The notes beneath the pieces are model-generated. The model was not told the origin of the DNA and did not search any database. It saw nothing but the letters and a program-made list of their open reading frames with translations. The translations under genes and the position numbers were made by a program. From Eledone cirrhosa (Eukaryota), in contig OZ024741.1 of NCBI GenBank assembly GCA_964016885.1, positions 367,040,001-367,104,000 on the forward strand: DNA of 64,000 bases. Reading direction: 5' to 3'. Below are positions 14,296 to 28,448 of the stretch, piece after piece (within the stretch, counting starts at the first letter, position 1; each line of letters starts with the position of its first letter).

Positions 14296-14812
14296 GTGTG
14301 TGTATATATGTATATATGTGTGTGTGTGTATATATGTATATATATGTGTGTGTGTATATATGTATATATATGTGTGTGTGTGTATATATGTATATGTGTG
14401 TGTGTATATATGTATATATATGTGTGTGTGTATATATATGTGTGTGTGTGTATATGTATATATATGTGTGTGTATATATGTATATATGTGTGTGTGTATA
14501 TATGTATATATGTGTGTGTGTGTATATATGTATATATGTGTGTGTGTGTATATATGTATATATATGTGTGTGTGTATATATATGTATATATATGTGTGTG
14601 TGTGTATATGTATATATATGTGTGTGTGTGTATGTATATGTGTGTGTGTGTGTGTATGTATGTATATATATGCGTGTGTATATATGTATGTATATATATA
14701 TGTGTATGTATGTATGTATATATGTGTATATAAGTGTGTGTGTGTGTATATATATATGCTTGTACGTGTGTATATATATATGCATGTACGTGTGTGTGTG
14801 TGTGTGTGTGTG
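14233..14812. repeat. Compound (TA)/(TG) microsatellite with ~20-24-bp higher-order periodicity
   Basis: Seen directly. Confidence 0.97.
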
Positions 14813-15410
14813 TCTTTACATAAATACATATGTGTATTCAGACATACACAAGTGTGTGTGTATATTATTTGTAAAGGATTGAATGGTATTTATTCTTTGT
14901 TCACTGAGTTATCTCTATCCTGTTTTCTGCTCTGTGTGGTCTATGATTCATAGTTGTTGATTATTAAATCTTCCCAGCACACCACCTGATGCTGTTTTTC
15001 TTTTTTTTTTATTTAGCCAACTTGCTTTCTGGGACATTTATTATCAATTTCAGAATTTTCTGGAACAAAGGTTTTATTGTATTGCTAACATTTATGAAAT
15101 ATCCTCCTATTAAATTCATTTTTGCTTCCTTCTTCTCTTTGCTCTCTTGATATTATCCTAAAAAGTATCTTTTAGTTGGATTTAAAAATCATGTGGATTC
15201 TTATGCTTAATTTTAATATTCCTCCTTCCTTGTGACTCATTTATCTTTATGAGGCACTACATCCCATGTAATACTACTTGTCTGAAGTTTAATAACATGG
15301 CCTGTATTTATTTTATTTTTTGTTGCTTCTAATTCTTTCTCTCCTCATATTTTGCTGCTACTAAGTAAAATTGTATTTCAAACCAAAACTCCACTTTTGT
15401 TCCTTTATAG

Positions 15411-15423
15411 TGGAATCTGCAAA
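15411..15423 (+). CDS. Candidate 13-nt microexon of host gene (TGGAATCTGCAAA)
   Basis: Polypyrimidine tract and acceptor ccacttttgttcctttatAG, followed by a GTAAGT donor at 15424. Phase 0 to 1 links 14050 to 20143 in frame. Confidence 0.4.
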
Positions 15424-15744
15424 GTAAGTAGGTTTTTTAACAAGCATGCTTTCTTTTTATATCCAACAGCTCTCTTTCTCTCTCCCCCATCCCTCATTCC
15501 ATGAGTACTTTTTAGTACTCAAGCTTGTATCTTTAGAACTTCTATTTTAATTTAGTTAACAATACCTAGGCTCTTAGTTTTGTATATAATGGCCCAAGTT
15601 GTTTGACCTGGAAGTCACACTTAGAGACCCCCATTTTAATATAGTTGAAATGGTTGGAAGTTATTTGTGCTGGCTTAAGTATCTTTGACTCTTACTTTCA
15701 CTTAATTCTTTGGCCCAATTTAATTTTTTTACACTTATTCTTTC

Positions 15745-15749
<5 letters not shown>

Positions 15750-15782
<33 letters not shown>

Positions 15783-15822
15783 GTGTGTATATATATATAT
15801 ATATAATATATATATATATATA

Positions 15823-15865
<43 letters not shown>

Positions 15866-15943
15866 CTGTCATGGGTTATATATATATATATATATATATA
15901 TAGAGCTGTCATGGGTTATATATATATATAACCCATGACAGCT
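15750..15943. repeat. (TA)n tract with a 40-bp perfect palindrome (15904-15943)
   Basis: AGCTGTCATGGGTT-(AT)6-AACCCATGACAGCT. Confidence 0.92.
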
Positions 15944-17772
15944 TGGAAAACAGACGTAAAACATTGAAGGCATGATCTGGAAACTACTATTGTTGCTGAA
16001 ATTAAGAAGTTGCCCACTAGTTTTCTTTTTTTCCCTTCTTGTTCTTGTAATAGTGCTGTCATATCTTGGAATATTATGTTAATTTACATTTGTTACTTAA
16101 AAATATTGATTTTTGTTGTCTAAAGACACCAAGTGTTTCTATTGATTTTTATCAACACTCCTATAAAGATTCTTTGCCTTAATAGCATTGTACTTTAGTG
16201 TCTCTTGTGCATTAAATTGTTCTAAGAGAGTTCTTTGCTTAGTAAGCACATGTTGAATAAAGAATCGGTAATCTTGTGTATTTGGGCTGTATAATTGATC
16301 AGATTTTATATATCTTATACTAGTTGTTATATTATTATCCCTTTCATTGCTATATATTAAGACTGCCGGTAATTTTTAAATAATTTTCAAAAATTTATCA
16401 AGGATTTGTAGAGATTTTGTAATGTAACATACTGTCAGCTTTTTCGTTATATTTCTAATGAAATACACTGCCTATAATTTTCAAAAATAAGAATTTGAAG
16501 GAATGCAATAACTAACTTAATCATAGTAAGGTGGTGTTTGGAGCATAGCTTACATGAAATTTCTTAGATAAAAATATGATGGAAGGTTTTTAGATAAATA
16601 TAAACACTTTCAAGCAGTTTTTATATCGTGGAATACTGGGCCGAATTCATGGGTTTGGTATCAAGAGGGTTAAATCAATATGACAGATCATTCCCTTATA
16701 TACTGGCTTTTTTGTTTTTAAAAATCTCTGAATTTGACAGATGTTCTGCTGCACCTGTCAACTGAAATGTTTAATTATAGCCTGTATGATTCAGACATGA
16801 AATTAAAATGGGGAAAGATGAGGCCATGTTGATGTTCCATATGGCTAGCTAAGTTTTTTAATTTTTTTTTATCAATACTATTTCCTTAAAATGTCTGTGT
16901 ATATTTGCCTATAAATTCGTAATAACATTCATGAGTATGCTTGTGTGCACGTGTGCGTGCGTGCATGTGTATTCTTTTACTGTTCCTGTCAACACGCTGA
17001 AGCCAATATATTACATACATTCACATCATCATCATCCTACTAAAAATAAATATATATGTGCATAAGTGTACATTGTGTATCTGTATGCATACACATATTA
17101 TGAACACGTTGTCATCATATGTCAGGTTTTCCTTGTTGGAATGGGTTAGATTAATTATATATTTGTATATATGAAGCCTTATAACTCTATAACATTAACA
17201 TATATAGATATATATCATAGGTAGCAGCATCACTGTTTTCTGCCTGTCGAGGGTTTCTCATTTATGCAGAAGGCCTGCAATTTTGTAGGGAGAGGAAAGT
17301 TAAATCAGTCTCAAAACTTGATTAGTACATTATTCTGATGGTATAAAGAAGGATGAAAGGTAAAGTTGACCTCAACAGGACTTGAATTTAGAACGTTAAG
17401 AACCAGAACAAATACTACAAAGCATTTTGTGCTAAATATGTATAATAATGCATAGGGACATTAAAATAAAATGTATTAATTATGCAGTACAGTACCTAGG
17501 AGTAATACATATATATAGGTTTTCAAGTTACACTCATATCAACTTATAACAGGTGAGTTAGAAGGAATGTTACTTTTGTTGAAAATGTACAAGTTTTTAA
17601 CCTGTTCTTAGCATATTTCGAATGAAAGACACTGTCTACATATGGTTTTCAAATGATTTTTAAATAATCAAGAATTTGGAGGGATTTAGTAATGGAACTT
17701 TGTCATTATCAAGCTGGTATTTGGAACATAATATAACAAAGGCTCTTACATAAAATTATGATTGGAAGGTTT

Positions 17773-17998
17773 TTAACCTTTTAGCATTTACATTACTCAC
17801 TCTATATTTACTATTATATTTTCACAGTAAAGGCTCTACTTCACACAATTATCTCACATAATATCAAATCTGAGATTTTGATATTTATTTTGAGAACAAT
17901 ACCTTAACATCAGTATGGGCAGCCAGTTACAGCCGGTTTGAACAGAAAAAGATGAGAGTTCAGGTTGGATGCAGCCAGTTTAAATGCTAAAGGGTTAA
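17773..17998 (-). mobile_element. piggyBac-type MITE family B (~220 bp), nested in a family-A MITE
   Basis: TTAA target duplication and CC(C/T)TTTAGCATT termini; the host MITE continues on both sides. Confidence 0.85.
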
Positions 17999-20142
17999 AT
18001 AAATATAAACAGTTAAAAACAAAACCATTTTGTATCCTAGAATCAAAAGCAGTTCCAGGAGGTTTTAGTATCAAAAGGTTTTAAGTTCTTTCTAAAACAC
18101 ATTTTCATATTTATTGTACATGGTTTCTAGAATTACTGTCCTCTCTTCCTGTATGATAGTAAGTTTGAAAGAACATCAAATTTAAACTTCCCCCGTCTAA
18201 CCCATGCTAGCGTGGAAGAACGGACGTAAAACGGTGATGATGATGATGCAATATTAAAGATTCATATGCATAGCATGGCTGTATGGTTATGGAATTCTTT
18301 TTGCAACTACATGGTCTCATGCTATGTCAGTGAAATTTGGAGAATAGAAATTGTGCAGAAGCCATGTCATATGTAAATGGGTGTGTATGTCTGTATTTTA
18401 GCGTTTTGCAAACGTATAATTACCAAGATCGATATGATTAACTGAGTCCCTATAAGACAATGCCTCGGCATGACCTCAGTAAAATTATTGAGACCAGTAA
18501 AAAAGAATAAAAAAGAGTAAAACAAATACAGATTTCAGATGTATTTCCCTTTATTGAATTAAGCTAGAATAGTAAATCAGAACTCAAGGAAAGAAATATT
18601 GGGGTTGGTGTATACTTGCCTCTTCTGGAACTATGGAATAAGGAATTTTGCCACACTAGTTAAGAAAACAAAAAACAAATCTTCTTTATACCAAACTGCT
18701 TGAAACTGGCCCTGGTTTTATAAAATCAAACTCTTTCAAACTTTTTATGTTAAAAAAAATCTTTAATGTCCATCCATCAGCTTAATTTTAAAAAAAAAAA
18801 AAAAAAAAATGCTGTTACTGAACCCCTCCAAATTTTTCATTATTTTCAAAATTAATTAAAAAAAAAAAATATGTTGATGAAATAACTTATTTCAAACTTA
18901 GTAATTTTATTAAATAAATAAAAAAGTACATTATGACAGACATTATGCCAATTAAATTGTAGTTTATGTGTAGGATTGTAAAGGTGACCAATAGATTTAA
19001 CCCTTTTCATATCAACATCTTCATCATTGTAAATGTTTTTCTATGCCGGCATGGGTTGGATAGATCACCACAGTCCAAGCCAAGTCGAGTCAGATAACCA
19101 GATCTTGCTCATAGGTTCCACATTTGTAATGGTTTCTACAGCAGGATGCTCTTCCTAACACCTCTCATTTCTACAGCTGGAAGCCCTTCCTATCACCGAT
19201 CGTATTACATATATAATTTTTTAAAAATAATTATTTGATTCTCAGTTCAGTAACTGTCTTTTTTCTTGCTCACAGGTATAGTTCTTTTCTTTTTAGTTAT
19301 TACTCTAAATTTTCTTTTAAATACTCTGGAAGCTTGATAGAATACTTAAGAGGATTTCAAAAATTCTATAGCACTTGGCAAATATCTTTAATATTATTTC
19401 ACAATCTTAAGGATTTAAGAACCTAAATTTCGTTTATTATTAAATTTGTGTGTGTATGTGTGCAAGTATAATGCTGTGTGTGTTTTGTATGTCTCAAGGA
19501 ATTAATGTGGATTATTGTGCATCAAGAATTGATATTTATGCATATTTGCTGAAGAAAAATATTCAATTGAGTATGCCTTTTATGTATACTATATTTTATT
19601 ATGTCTGTGTACACTATCTTGAACTTCATAATTCCTGCTATTCTTTATTATATTTGTATTTGATTATTATTGACCATCCCCTAATTAACTGCTTAATCAA
19701 CTAACTGACTGACCACTGTCTTTTTTCTTCTCTTTTACTACTTTGCCAAATTTACTATGGATACAGTAAGTAACATATCCTAACATCTTTTCTACATTTC
19801 TCTGTTCAGATTTGCTAATTTTTATTAATGGCTAAGGTCAGAGTGATGACCTTTCATAAGATATTTCTAAAAGTATCTCACTTTGAAATCTATTTGCTAG
19901 CATGTCTGTTTTATGCCTTACCATTTGTATTCTGACATTTTCCTGAGAGATACTTCGGCAAGAAGACATAGAATGAAACCTGAAGTTCCCAAAAGATTTA
20001 AGGAAAGCAAACTTTTATTGTTGGCATTTCTGCAAATATATAATATTGATTTCTTATATTATTTTATTACAAAGTCATCATTATCACTACATGTAGACTT
20101 GGGAAGTCTATCTATATGTTTGCTGCCATTTTATTATGGCAG

Positions 20143-20239
20143 TTTTCCCTTTATACATCCATCCATTAATCGACTGTAAAATGTCAGAGCCCTCTCCATC
20201 TCCTGAGTCTTCTTTGTCACCTGAGCCAGAAATTAGCAT
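20143..20239 (+). CDS. Candidate host exon (FPLYIHPLIDCKMSEPSPSPESSLSPEPEIS), 97 nt
   Basis: cAG acceptor at 20140-20142, open frame encoding an S/P/E-rich peptide, GTAAGT donor at 20240 (phase 2). An internal ATG at 20181 could also serve as a start. Confidence 0.55.
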
Positions 20240-22714
20240 GTAAGTGAGTCTTAGATGCCAAATGTGACCTGCAAATACAGTGCTATTAAATTTTAAATAT
20301 ATAATTTGTTGTTTTTGCCTCATAATTTGTGTTTCTCTCTCTCTTTCTCTCACTCACTCACTCTCTCTCTATCTATCTGCCATGCTACTTAGGAACAGTT
20401 TATCATCAATGTGCTGCTTTTACTTTATTTATTATTAATTATTATTATTATTTCAATGTCAGTCATTAAATTGTAACTGATTTTTTTTATTCTATCTCAG
20501 CCCATTTGCTGTTAGATAAATTTAGTGTGTGTATATATATAGTATATATGTGTATATGGGTATCAAGTTCATATATTCCATAAGACATTTCTCATAAAAT
20601 TTACATAAGGTGAATGTTCCAGAAGAGAAGCATTTCCATTTGGAATTTTTAGATTAACATCATGTATCCTTAATTGTTATTTAAAATTTGATAGTGTTCA
20701 TTTATTGAATTGTAGTCATTTTGTAGTTTTAGAGATACTTGTCAAGAGAAATTAACATGTTAACTGTATAAAAATGTATGAACTATATAGTTTCGGCATA
20801 GATTTTACTGGCCTTATACTCACCCTATCATGAACCACTTTACCATGTGGACTTGATGCATTTTATCATGCAAATCAGACAAGAGAGATTGTCTCTCAAG
20901 AGCAAAGTATCCTTTCTACACCACATCAGTTTTTGTTCAGATTCTGCTCTCTTACATAGGTTGCCTTCATTACTAATTACAGAGTCCACATATCATTTGT
21001 ATACATACTTAAAAAGATACATCTGTGTGTTTTTAATTGGCCCCTCGTGAGGTATTTCATGGGCATTTCCTTGTTAAGGGGCCCCAAACCTATCATGATA
21101 GTGTGAAATGAAGTGCCTTGCTCAAGAACACAACTCAGCATTTGGTCTATGAATTAAACCCATGACATATCACTAGGCTTGTGCCTATCATTAAAACACC
21201 AGAGAAACCTCTTATGAGGTGCAATCTTGTAGGAAGACAGCTAAACACCATAAGTGTTAGTTGTAGATTTGTTTTCTATATATATAACAAAAAGCGCCCA
21301 CCTCTCACTGTAAAGTGGTCATGTAGGTGTCACAACTAAAAGCATCCAGCACACACTAAATGTGATTGGTGTTAGGAAAGGCATCCAGTTGTAGAAACCA
21401 AGCTAAAACCAGTCTTGTATGAGCAAGTCATGGTCATTAGACCTGGGCTGTCTCATAACAGGGTAACTTGCCTGACCCATGCTAGTGTAGAAAATGGACA
21501 TTAAACAGTGATGGTTATATATATTAATTCTCTATCCATATTTTCGTAGGTTGCATTCCAATCTTTGGAACAATGATACAAAGAAGACCTTTTTTAAATT
21601 ATAAAAATAAACTTTTAACAACAAACTATTGTTTCATAATAATCATATAGGTTTTCCTTGAAATTGTTGCTGTGGTATTTATTTTATGTATTATATAGTG
21701 TTAACTCTTAACATTTATGTAATGATTTAGCAGAAAATGTTTACAAACTGGTAATTCAGATATTTAGAGTATCTTTACTAATGGTTAGATTCTTGTGAAA
21801 ATTTGCAATATTTGGGGAAAGACCTTAATTTTTAATGTGATGCAGTCATAGTACTGTTTTGTACTATCCAATAATGTCTTGCCAGTGTAATTTAAGTAAA
21901 TCAGTGGTTATCTGGGATACTGTATGTCCCATGGTTTCTTACCTACCAAATTGCCATCACTATCCTTTTCACAGTTCATTGGATGGTATTTGAAATAGTT
22001 CATTAGACATTGTCTCATATTTTATTTCTTACAACGCTTTTTCTCTTGGTAGCTATTTTATTCTTTGTATATAATCCATATTATCTGTATTTTGCAGCTT
22101 TATTGTCAGTTCTAAAGTTCAATGTTGTTATCTTTTAGTTTGAATTGTTGAGCAAAATGCTTTGCAGTATTTATTCCGTTTTTTTTATAAATTTTTTTAT
22201 TTATTTATTTATTTATTTTTTTTTACTTTAATCAACTTCTACAACCTCATATTGCTGGCTTTGTGCCTAAATTAGAAAGGATTATTAACCTTCTGATTGT
22301 GTTGATACTTTTATTTATATCATCATCCTAATCAGAAATTTGTTTTCCATGCTGGCATGGGTTGGATGTGCTGTCATACTCCAAGACTTGACAGGACAGA
22401 TTACCTTGTCTTGCCCATATATACATTCCATATTTTGGCATGGTTTCTGTTGCTGGATTCTGTTCCTAATGCCAATCACTTTACAGTGTACTGAGCATTT
22501 TGTTGTGGCACTGCCACTACCACTTGATAGTCCTTATGTTGTCTCAGTTAATAGTTTGCAAATGATTATGAAAATGTTGACAATAGCCAAATCATAAAAA
22601 TAAAAATGCAGAATCTATATATGTATTTTATTTAGTAAGTCTTTTTATATATTTAGAGTTATGTTGTGGGCATTATAATGCTATTTTAGGGATATGTGTA
22701 CACGCACATTAGTG

Positions 22715-23005
22715 AAAGTGTGTGGCCTAGTGGTTAGGGTATTAGACTCATGATCATAAGGTTGTGAGTACAACTCCTAGACCATCTTATTTATTTGAGC
22801 AAGGGATTTCATTTCTGTTGCTCCAGTCCACTTAGCTGGGGTGAAGGGGGTGAATACCTATTACACCTGGATTTTAACATTTGCAGCTGGCACTGGGTCC
22901 AGGGGAGAACCTTATAGTATTGGGGCCCCTATCATTAAAACATCTAAGAAATCTGAGATGCAATTTGTAAAAAGGCTAGCTAAATATGTGTGAGCTACAT
23001 CAGCA
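22715..23005 (+). mobile_element. SINE with the 38522-type head and a different tail (cctatcattaaaacacctgagaaacc..gtgtgagct)
   Basis: TGGCCTAGTGGTTAG head; similar copies at 8075(-), 11905(-), 24775, 32935 and 46000. Confidence 0.75.
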
Positions 23006-26000
23006 ACACACTTCTACCATTTATTACATAATTTTTCAAGTTGTTTTGCAGATTCTGCATTTTCTTCTAACGATTTGACTATTGTCAAAAATGTTCATAA
23101 TCTGCATATATCTTCATTCATTTCAAATAAAATAGCTTGAAGATGATTGCAATAATTTGGATTAATTTTTTAAAATTTAAATTCTGTATGATTCTTTAAA
23201 GATTTAGATACAAACTTCATTTGCTTTAGAGAACATTTTATTACATTGTGATTTTTAATGAAATTCTTTTTATAGGCTTCATGATTAGTGTTTACTAAAG
23301 AGATTATATCAATTTCTGTTGTTTTCACTTGTTAATTAATTAGTAAATTGTTGAATAGGTCTGGGGATTTTTATTTTTATGTAAAAATATGGTCAGAATA
23401 TTTTATTCATTTACAGATCATTTTTTTAAAGTTTGATTTCTGATTCTTCACACTTAAAATGTAGATTTTGTGGGGGTGTGGTAAATTAGCAGAGTTGTTG
23501 GATTAAATGCCTCAATACTTATTCTGGCTCTCTGCATTCTGAATTGAAAGTTATGCAAGCATCAAATAATAATAAAGTTTTGATATAAATAAAATGTTAG
23601 TTTTCTATAGCTGAATGTTTTGTCTGATCAACATAGTCAAATCCTTTTGGAAGAGAGATTAAAAATAGTTTCAACACTAATCTGAGCTTTGAATATGTCT
23701 AACTCTGTTATGGAATATTGCTTTGAAAAATGAAATTGATGGCTGTTTCTTTCAGTAAATAATATATTGTGGCACTTGTTTTCTGCCAAGTGGCTAATTT
23801 AAATTAAGTATTGGCTGTTGCTATCACAATACTATATTAGTAGAAACAGGGCTCCACAACCTTTGCTTGTGGACAAAATAGACAACATTAATCAGACAAT
23901 AGTCAATCATCATATTCTGAACTGTTTAGAAATGAAATAATTAAATACTTATCTTTTCATCTTAAAATACCATTAACATCTATGTTGTATGACTCTACTT
24001 AAATTGTATTTTCTATTTGAATTATCCCCCCTTTCCTTTCATGCTGTTATTGAGCATTTTCAATTTTTTCTTACTTTGCATTTGCTGGATATTAATTTTA
24101 GTCCTTTTAATGATGAACTGCTTAAAACTACTCTTGTTTCTATGATACACCATTGTTTGTCTTAAATTGTACATATTTATCTAAAAACCTTTCATCATAA
24201 TTTTATGAGAAAGTTATATTACAAAATCCCAAATTTTGATTATTTTCAAAATTACTAAGTAAAAGCACATGGTCTGGCAGTTTAGGTGTTGGATCAAAAG
24301 GCCTGGTTTTGATTCCTGAACTAGGCAGTGGGTTCTGCTTTTCATGGTAGAATTGGAGTTTCTATCATTAAAACACTCAAAAACCTTCAATGAAAGGCCT
24401 GCTAAGTTAGCATATAGATGTGACTCTCAATTTTATTTATTAATTTATTTTGAATACATTATTTGAAAAGTTATAAGCAGTGTATTTTGTTAGAAATATG
24501 GCAATGAAAAGGTTAAACTTCTAACATTTCAGAACTAATTATTTTAGTCAATTTTCTGATTAGTTTGTTTGAGGAAAGACACTGCTTTTCAAAAGATAAT
24601 GAGATGTCAAATATGATGTGTAATTAAGAGAACTCTGTTGCATTCATGAAAACAGACAACAGGGAAATTTAATATTTTCTGCCAGTTGTCTTTTAATAAT
24701 ATCATTCATTTTTCAAACAGATCTTTTCTAATCACATTTCTATTATAGATAGCTATTTCCCCCCTTCACATGTGATGTGTGGCCTAGTGGTTAGAGTGTT
24801 GGACTTATGATCATAAAGGTTGTGTGCTTAATTTCTGGACCAGGTGGCACAGTGTTCTTGAGCAAGATGCTTCATTTCACATTGTTCCAATCCACACAAC
24901 TGGGGGTGGGGGGAAGCAGCAGCTAGGGGTTAGCCCTTGCATTGGACTCTGTTCCAACAGAGCGTCTTTTCATGATGGAACTGGTTTCTCTAACATTGAA
25001 ACACTTAAACTTCTTATGAGATATAGCCAGTTAAACTTACATAAGGTGTGATCTATAAGAACAAAAATCATGCACATATGCGCGCATGCATACATGCGCG
25101 CACACACATATGAAAGGATGGGGGTGGGGGCTCCTATCATTAAAACATTCAAGATGCCTATGAGATGCCACCTCATAGGAAAGCAGCTTAACTTACATAG
25201 GTGTGTACTGTAACACACTATGCTTTGGTGTTGTTTGTTTTCCCCTGGTGATATTTTGTAATTATCATGTTGCAAAATTAACTAATTCGGTACAATAAAT
25301 TACTATATTTATAACTTTATGTTGTCATTTGTTAGGAATGTTTTATTTTATTTAGCTGTGCAATGACCTAGTCTAAATAGGGAAATGACATTTGAAAGAG
25401 TTTCTCTAATTCCCAACATCCACAGTAGTGTAGGGCCCAATGCTAACAAACTATACTATTTGTTTTAAATAAATTAGATTACATGCGTTTCAAGGCCATT
25501 TTCCCTGCTGAAGCAGGGGTTAGCCTTGCAAACCCAACAACAGGCTTCATATCGTGCCCCCTTTTTTTTTTTTCGAGGGGGGGTATTTTACAGCTGGATG
25601 CCTTTACTGGTTCTTACGACATACACAGATACAGTGTACTTATTATTCTAAACAGTATACACACAGAAATAAAATCTCATCAAACAAATTTTGAATTGAA
25701 GTATTTTTAGATTTGGGTATATTTCTTATTCTAACCACTTCAACTGTGATATGATTGATACTTATTTTCAGCTAGATGGAATGTGTCAAGTAACCTGATC
25801 ATAACTAAATACAAGTGACAATGTTTCTATTTTGAGGTTCAGACAGGCTGTATGGTTAAAAGTTTGCCTTGTAAACCATGTAGTTTTGGGTTCCATCTCA
25901 CTGCATGGTACCTTTGAGCAAGTGTCTTTTATTTTGGCATCGGATTGATCCTATGCCTTGAGAGGTTAATTTGCTAGGTGAAAACCGCAGAAGTATGTCT

Positions 26001-26018
26001 GGACTAAGATTCTCATCA

Positions 26019-26132
26019 TTAACCCTTTAACGTTCACATTTGTCTATATTTATGTGTATTTTCACAGAAAAGGCTTTATCTCACACATTGAACCCGAACC
26101 CGGTATGGCTGGTTTAAATGCTAAAGGGTTAA
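26019..26132 (-). mobile_element. Internally deleted family-B MITE inserted in a SINE tail
   Basis: TTAA duplication and both termini present. Confidence 0.8.
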
Positions 26133-26499
26133 AATATCAGAGAAACCTATGAGATGTAACTCCATGTCTCTATTTATATTGCATAATTTAATGATTTAAA
26201 AAAAAAAAGGGTTGATAAAATAAAACTATAAAAATATGTACTGGGGTTGATATGATCAACTAAAGTGCATTTAAGTGGGTCCCCCACTTGAATGGATTTA
26301 CTTATGTTGTGATATAATTAGTGTCTAAACATTGTTTAAATCAGTCTCAGTGACAATGAATGGTTAATATTTGAGTCATTAAATCTATTTTGACTGGACT
26401 TAGCTCATAGCTAAGGCAAGGAATGTTTGGTAATTCTTTGCCACATATTTTTATGCCACTTGCCATAGGTGTGTGTGTACACATATATATGGTTGTACA

Positions 26500-26735
26500 A
26501 TTCTTGGCAGCATGTTATGTTCTTGAGGAAGATATTTTATTTCACATTGCTCCAGTCAACTCAACTGGCAAATATGTACCTTTAATTCAAAATGACATCC
26601 TTCTCACACTCTTTGAGAATTACGTTAAGGGTACTTATGCCATTGGAATGCTTAGCCACTTGAGTGTTAATTTCACAAGCAGGTTGTTCTATTGTTCGTC
26701 CAACTGGAATACCTATTGGAACCAACAGAGATCTA
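26500..26735 (+). mobile_element. SINE body with a third tail type (gctcagccactt..ttaatttcac.agcagg.tgttc); also at ~780-850 and 7330-7520
   Basis: ttcttgag..tttatttcacattgctccagtc body and a recurrent tail. Confidence 0.65.
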
Positions 26736-26927
26736 ATACACAAACGTATATATGGCAGGTGAATTTGTCTCTTCCTTGACCTGCTTGCCTGTAATTTTTC
26801 AAAGTATTCTGAGCTTCTGTATACCTCTGTTACATATGATGGAGTTATTTATGTTCTAGCCACACCACCCTGCTGTCTAGGGTTACACCTAGAATATGAC
26901 TGTTTTTTTTTATAGGCAGTCTGCAAC

Positions 26928-27330
26928 TATCATCATCATCATCACACATCTATTTTTCATGCTTGCATAGGTCAGGCAGTTGTCGTCTGCTGAGGAAGAG
27001 ACCCTTTGTAGTAGCTCCCTGGACCCTTTTCAAACAGTTCTTGCTCTGGGTACTATACCTTCAGAACACCCAGCCCCATTGCTAATTTGGTCCCTTAGAT
27101 AGCAGAAGCTGTCAACTATTTCTGGGAGCCCTCTGAGTAGTTGCTTACTGCTCCTGTGCATCAATTATATACAAAGTCTACTTCCTTTGCTGTACCCAAA
27201 GATTACATTTTGTAAGGTGGAATTTCTACCTACTCCTTTCCTGCATACTGAACAAGACATTGATCTTTGCTAGGTTGACCCTGAGGCGTTTTGATTCCAG
27301 GTTTTGCTTTCTTTCCTGGAATTTTTTATA
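26928..27330 (-). mobile_element. Old, internally deleted RTE LINE remnant
   Basis: (CAT)n tail and terminal hairpin, plus a segment at 27040-27310 similar to 56350-56740 (tagcagaagctgtc, cctactcctttcctgcatactgaacaag). Confidence 0.7.
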
Positions 27331-28242
27331 TATAATGTTATATACATTGGTATTGTGGTATGATCCCATAACTCTTGATAGTTATAGGGGTGCCGTATTG
27401 ACATATGTGATTTCTTTGGCATTTTAAACCTGGCTGAGTCCATACCTCTCCAGGCCTGAGTACAGAAGATTTCTTCCAGAGAGAGGAAGAATCGACCCCA
27501 GTACTAGACTGGTACTTTTTTTAATATATATATTGATCTTGAAAGGATGAAAGCGAAGTTGAGCTCAGAGAACCAGAACAAATATCATAAAGCATTCTAT
27601 CCGACGTTCTAATGACTCTGCCAATTCGCTGCCTTGTTATATACATATAGGCAGAGTTATTAGTGTTGGATAGAATGCTTTACAGCATTGATTCCAGTTT
27701 ACTGCACCCTAAGTTCAAATCCTGCCATGATAAACTTTACCTTTCATCATTTCAAGATTTATAAAATTCCAGCCCAGTACTGTTGATTATTCTTCCAGTG
27801 TCATCCACAAGGCGTGCATCTACTCGAGAATATGGTAAATGACACTTTTCCAAAATTGCAGGCAGTCGGTCTCGAAACCGCGATCTAATGCTTACGAAAC
27901 AAATTCTCTAACCATTCAGCACATTCATGGATTATATAAATGCATATATACATATTTTTAGTGCTTGTAACTACTTTTGTTCCATGGTTTCATACTAGTA
28001 TCTAGGAAATTTGGACACATCGATTGGTGCTCAGTGTACTTCCGCAGTAATCCTCTGAAGATCAATCACTGTCCAATATCTTGGATATTAGTGCTAACTC
28101 ATGCCATGGCACTACCTATTGCTATAAAGCACATACTATGCTTATAAGGACTCTGTAAATATGCATTAAATACTTTGCTGTACACAAAAATAGTAAAACT
28201 GCAATCACATACAGTTCTTTAATTTGCTTTAACCACTGATTC

Positions 28243-28448
28243 TTTGCCGTGGCACCTCCACGACCACTTTGCAGTGGAATGATATGGACCCCCAGTCCCT
28301 ATCATCTCATTTCTACAGCTGAGTTAAATGGAACAATGTGAAATAAAGTGTCTTGCTCAAGGAAACAACACATCACCCGGTCTGAGAATTGAACTCACAA
28401 CCTTTCGATTGCAAGGCCAATGCTCTAACCACTAAGCCATGTGCTTCC
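28243..28448 (-). mobile_element. 3'-truncated copy of the 38522 SINE
   Basis: Near-identical reverse complement of 38522-38727. Confidence 0.9.

Noticed and set aside
14117-14953. 200+ aa ORFs on both strands
   Set aside because: Compound microsatellite artefacts.
19255-19285. AG|GT juxtapositions (also ~32767, 37282, 49540) as recursive splice sites
   Set aside because: Donor halves are weak and such motifs are expected by chance in AT-rich introns.
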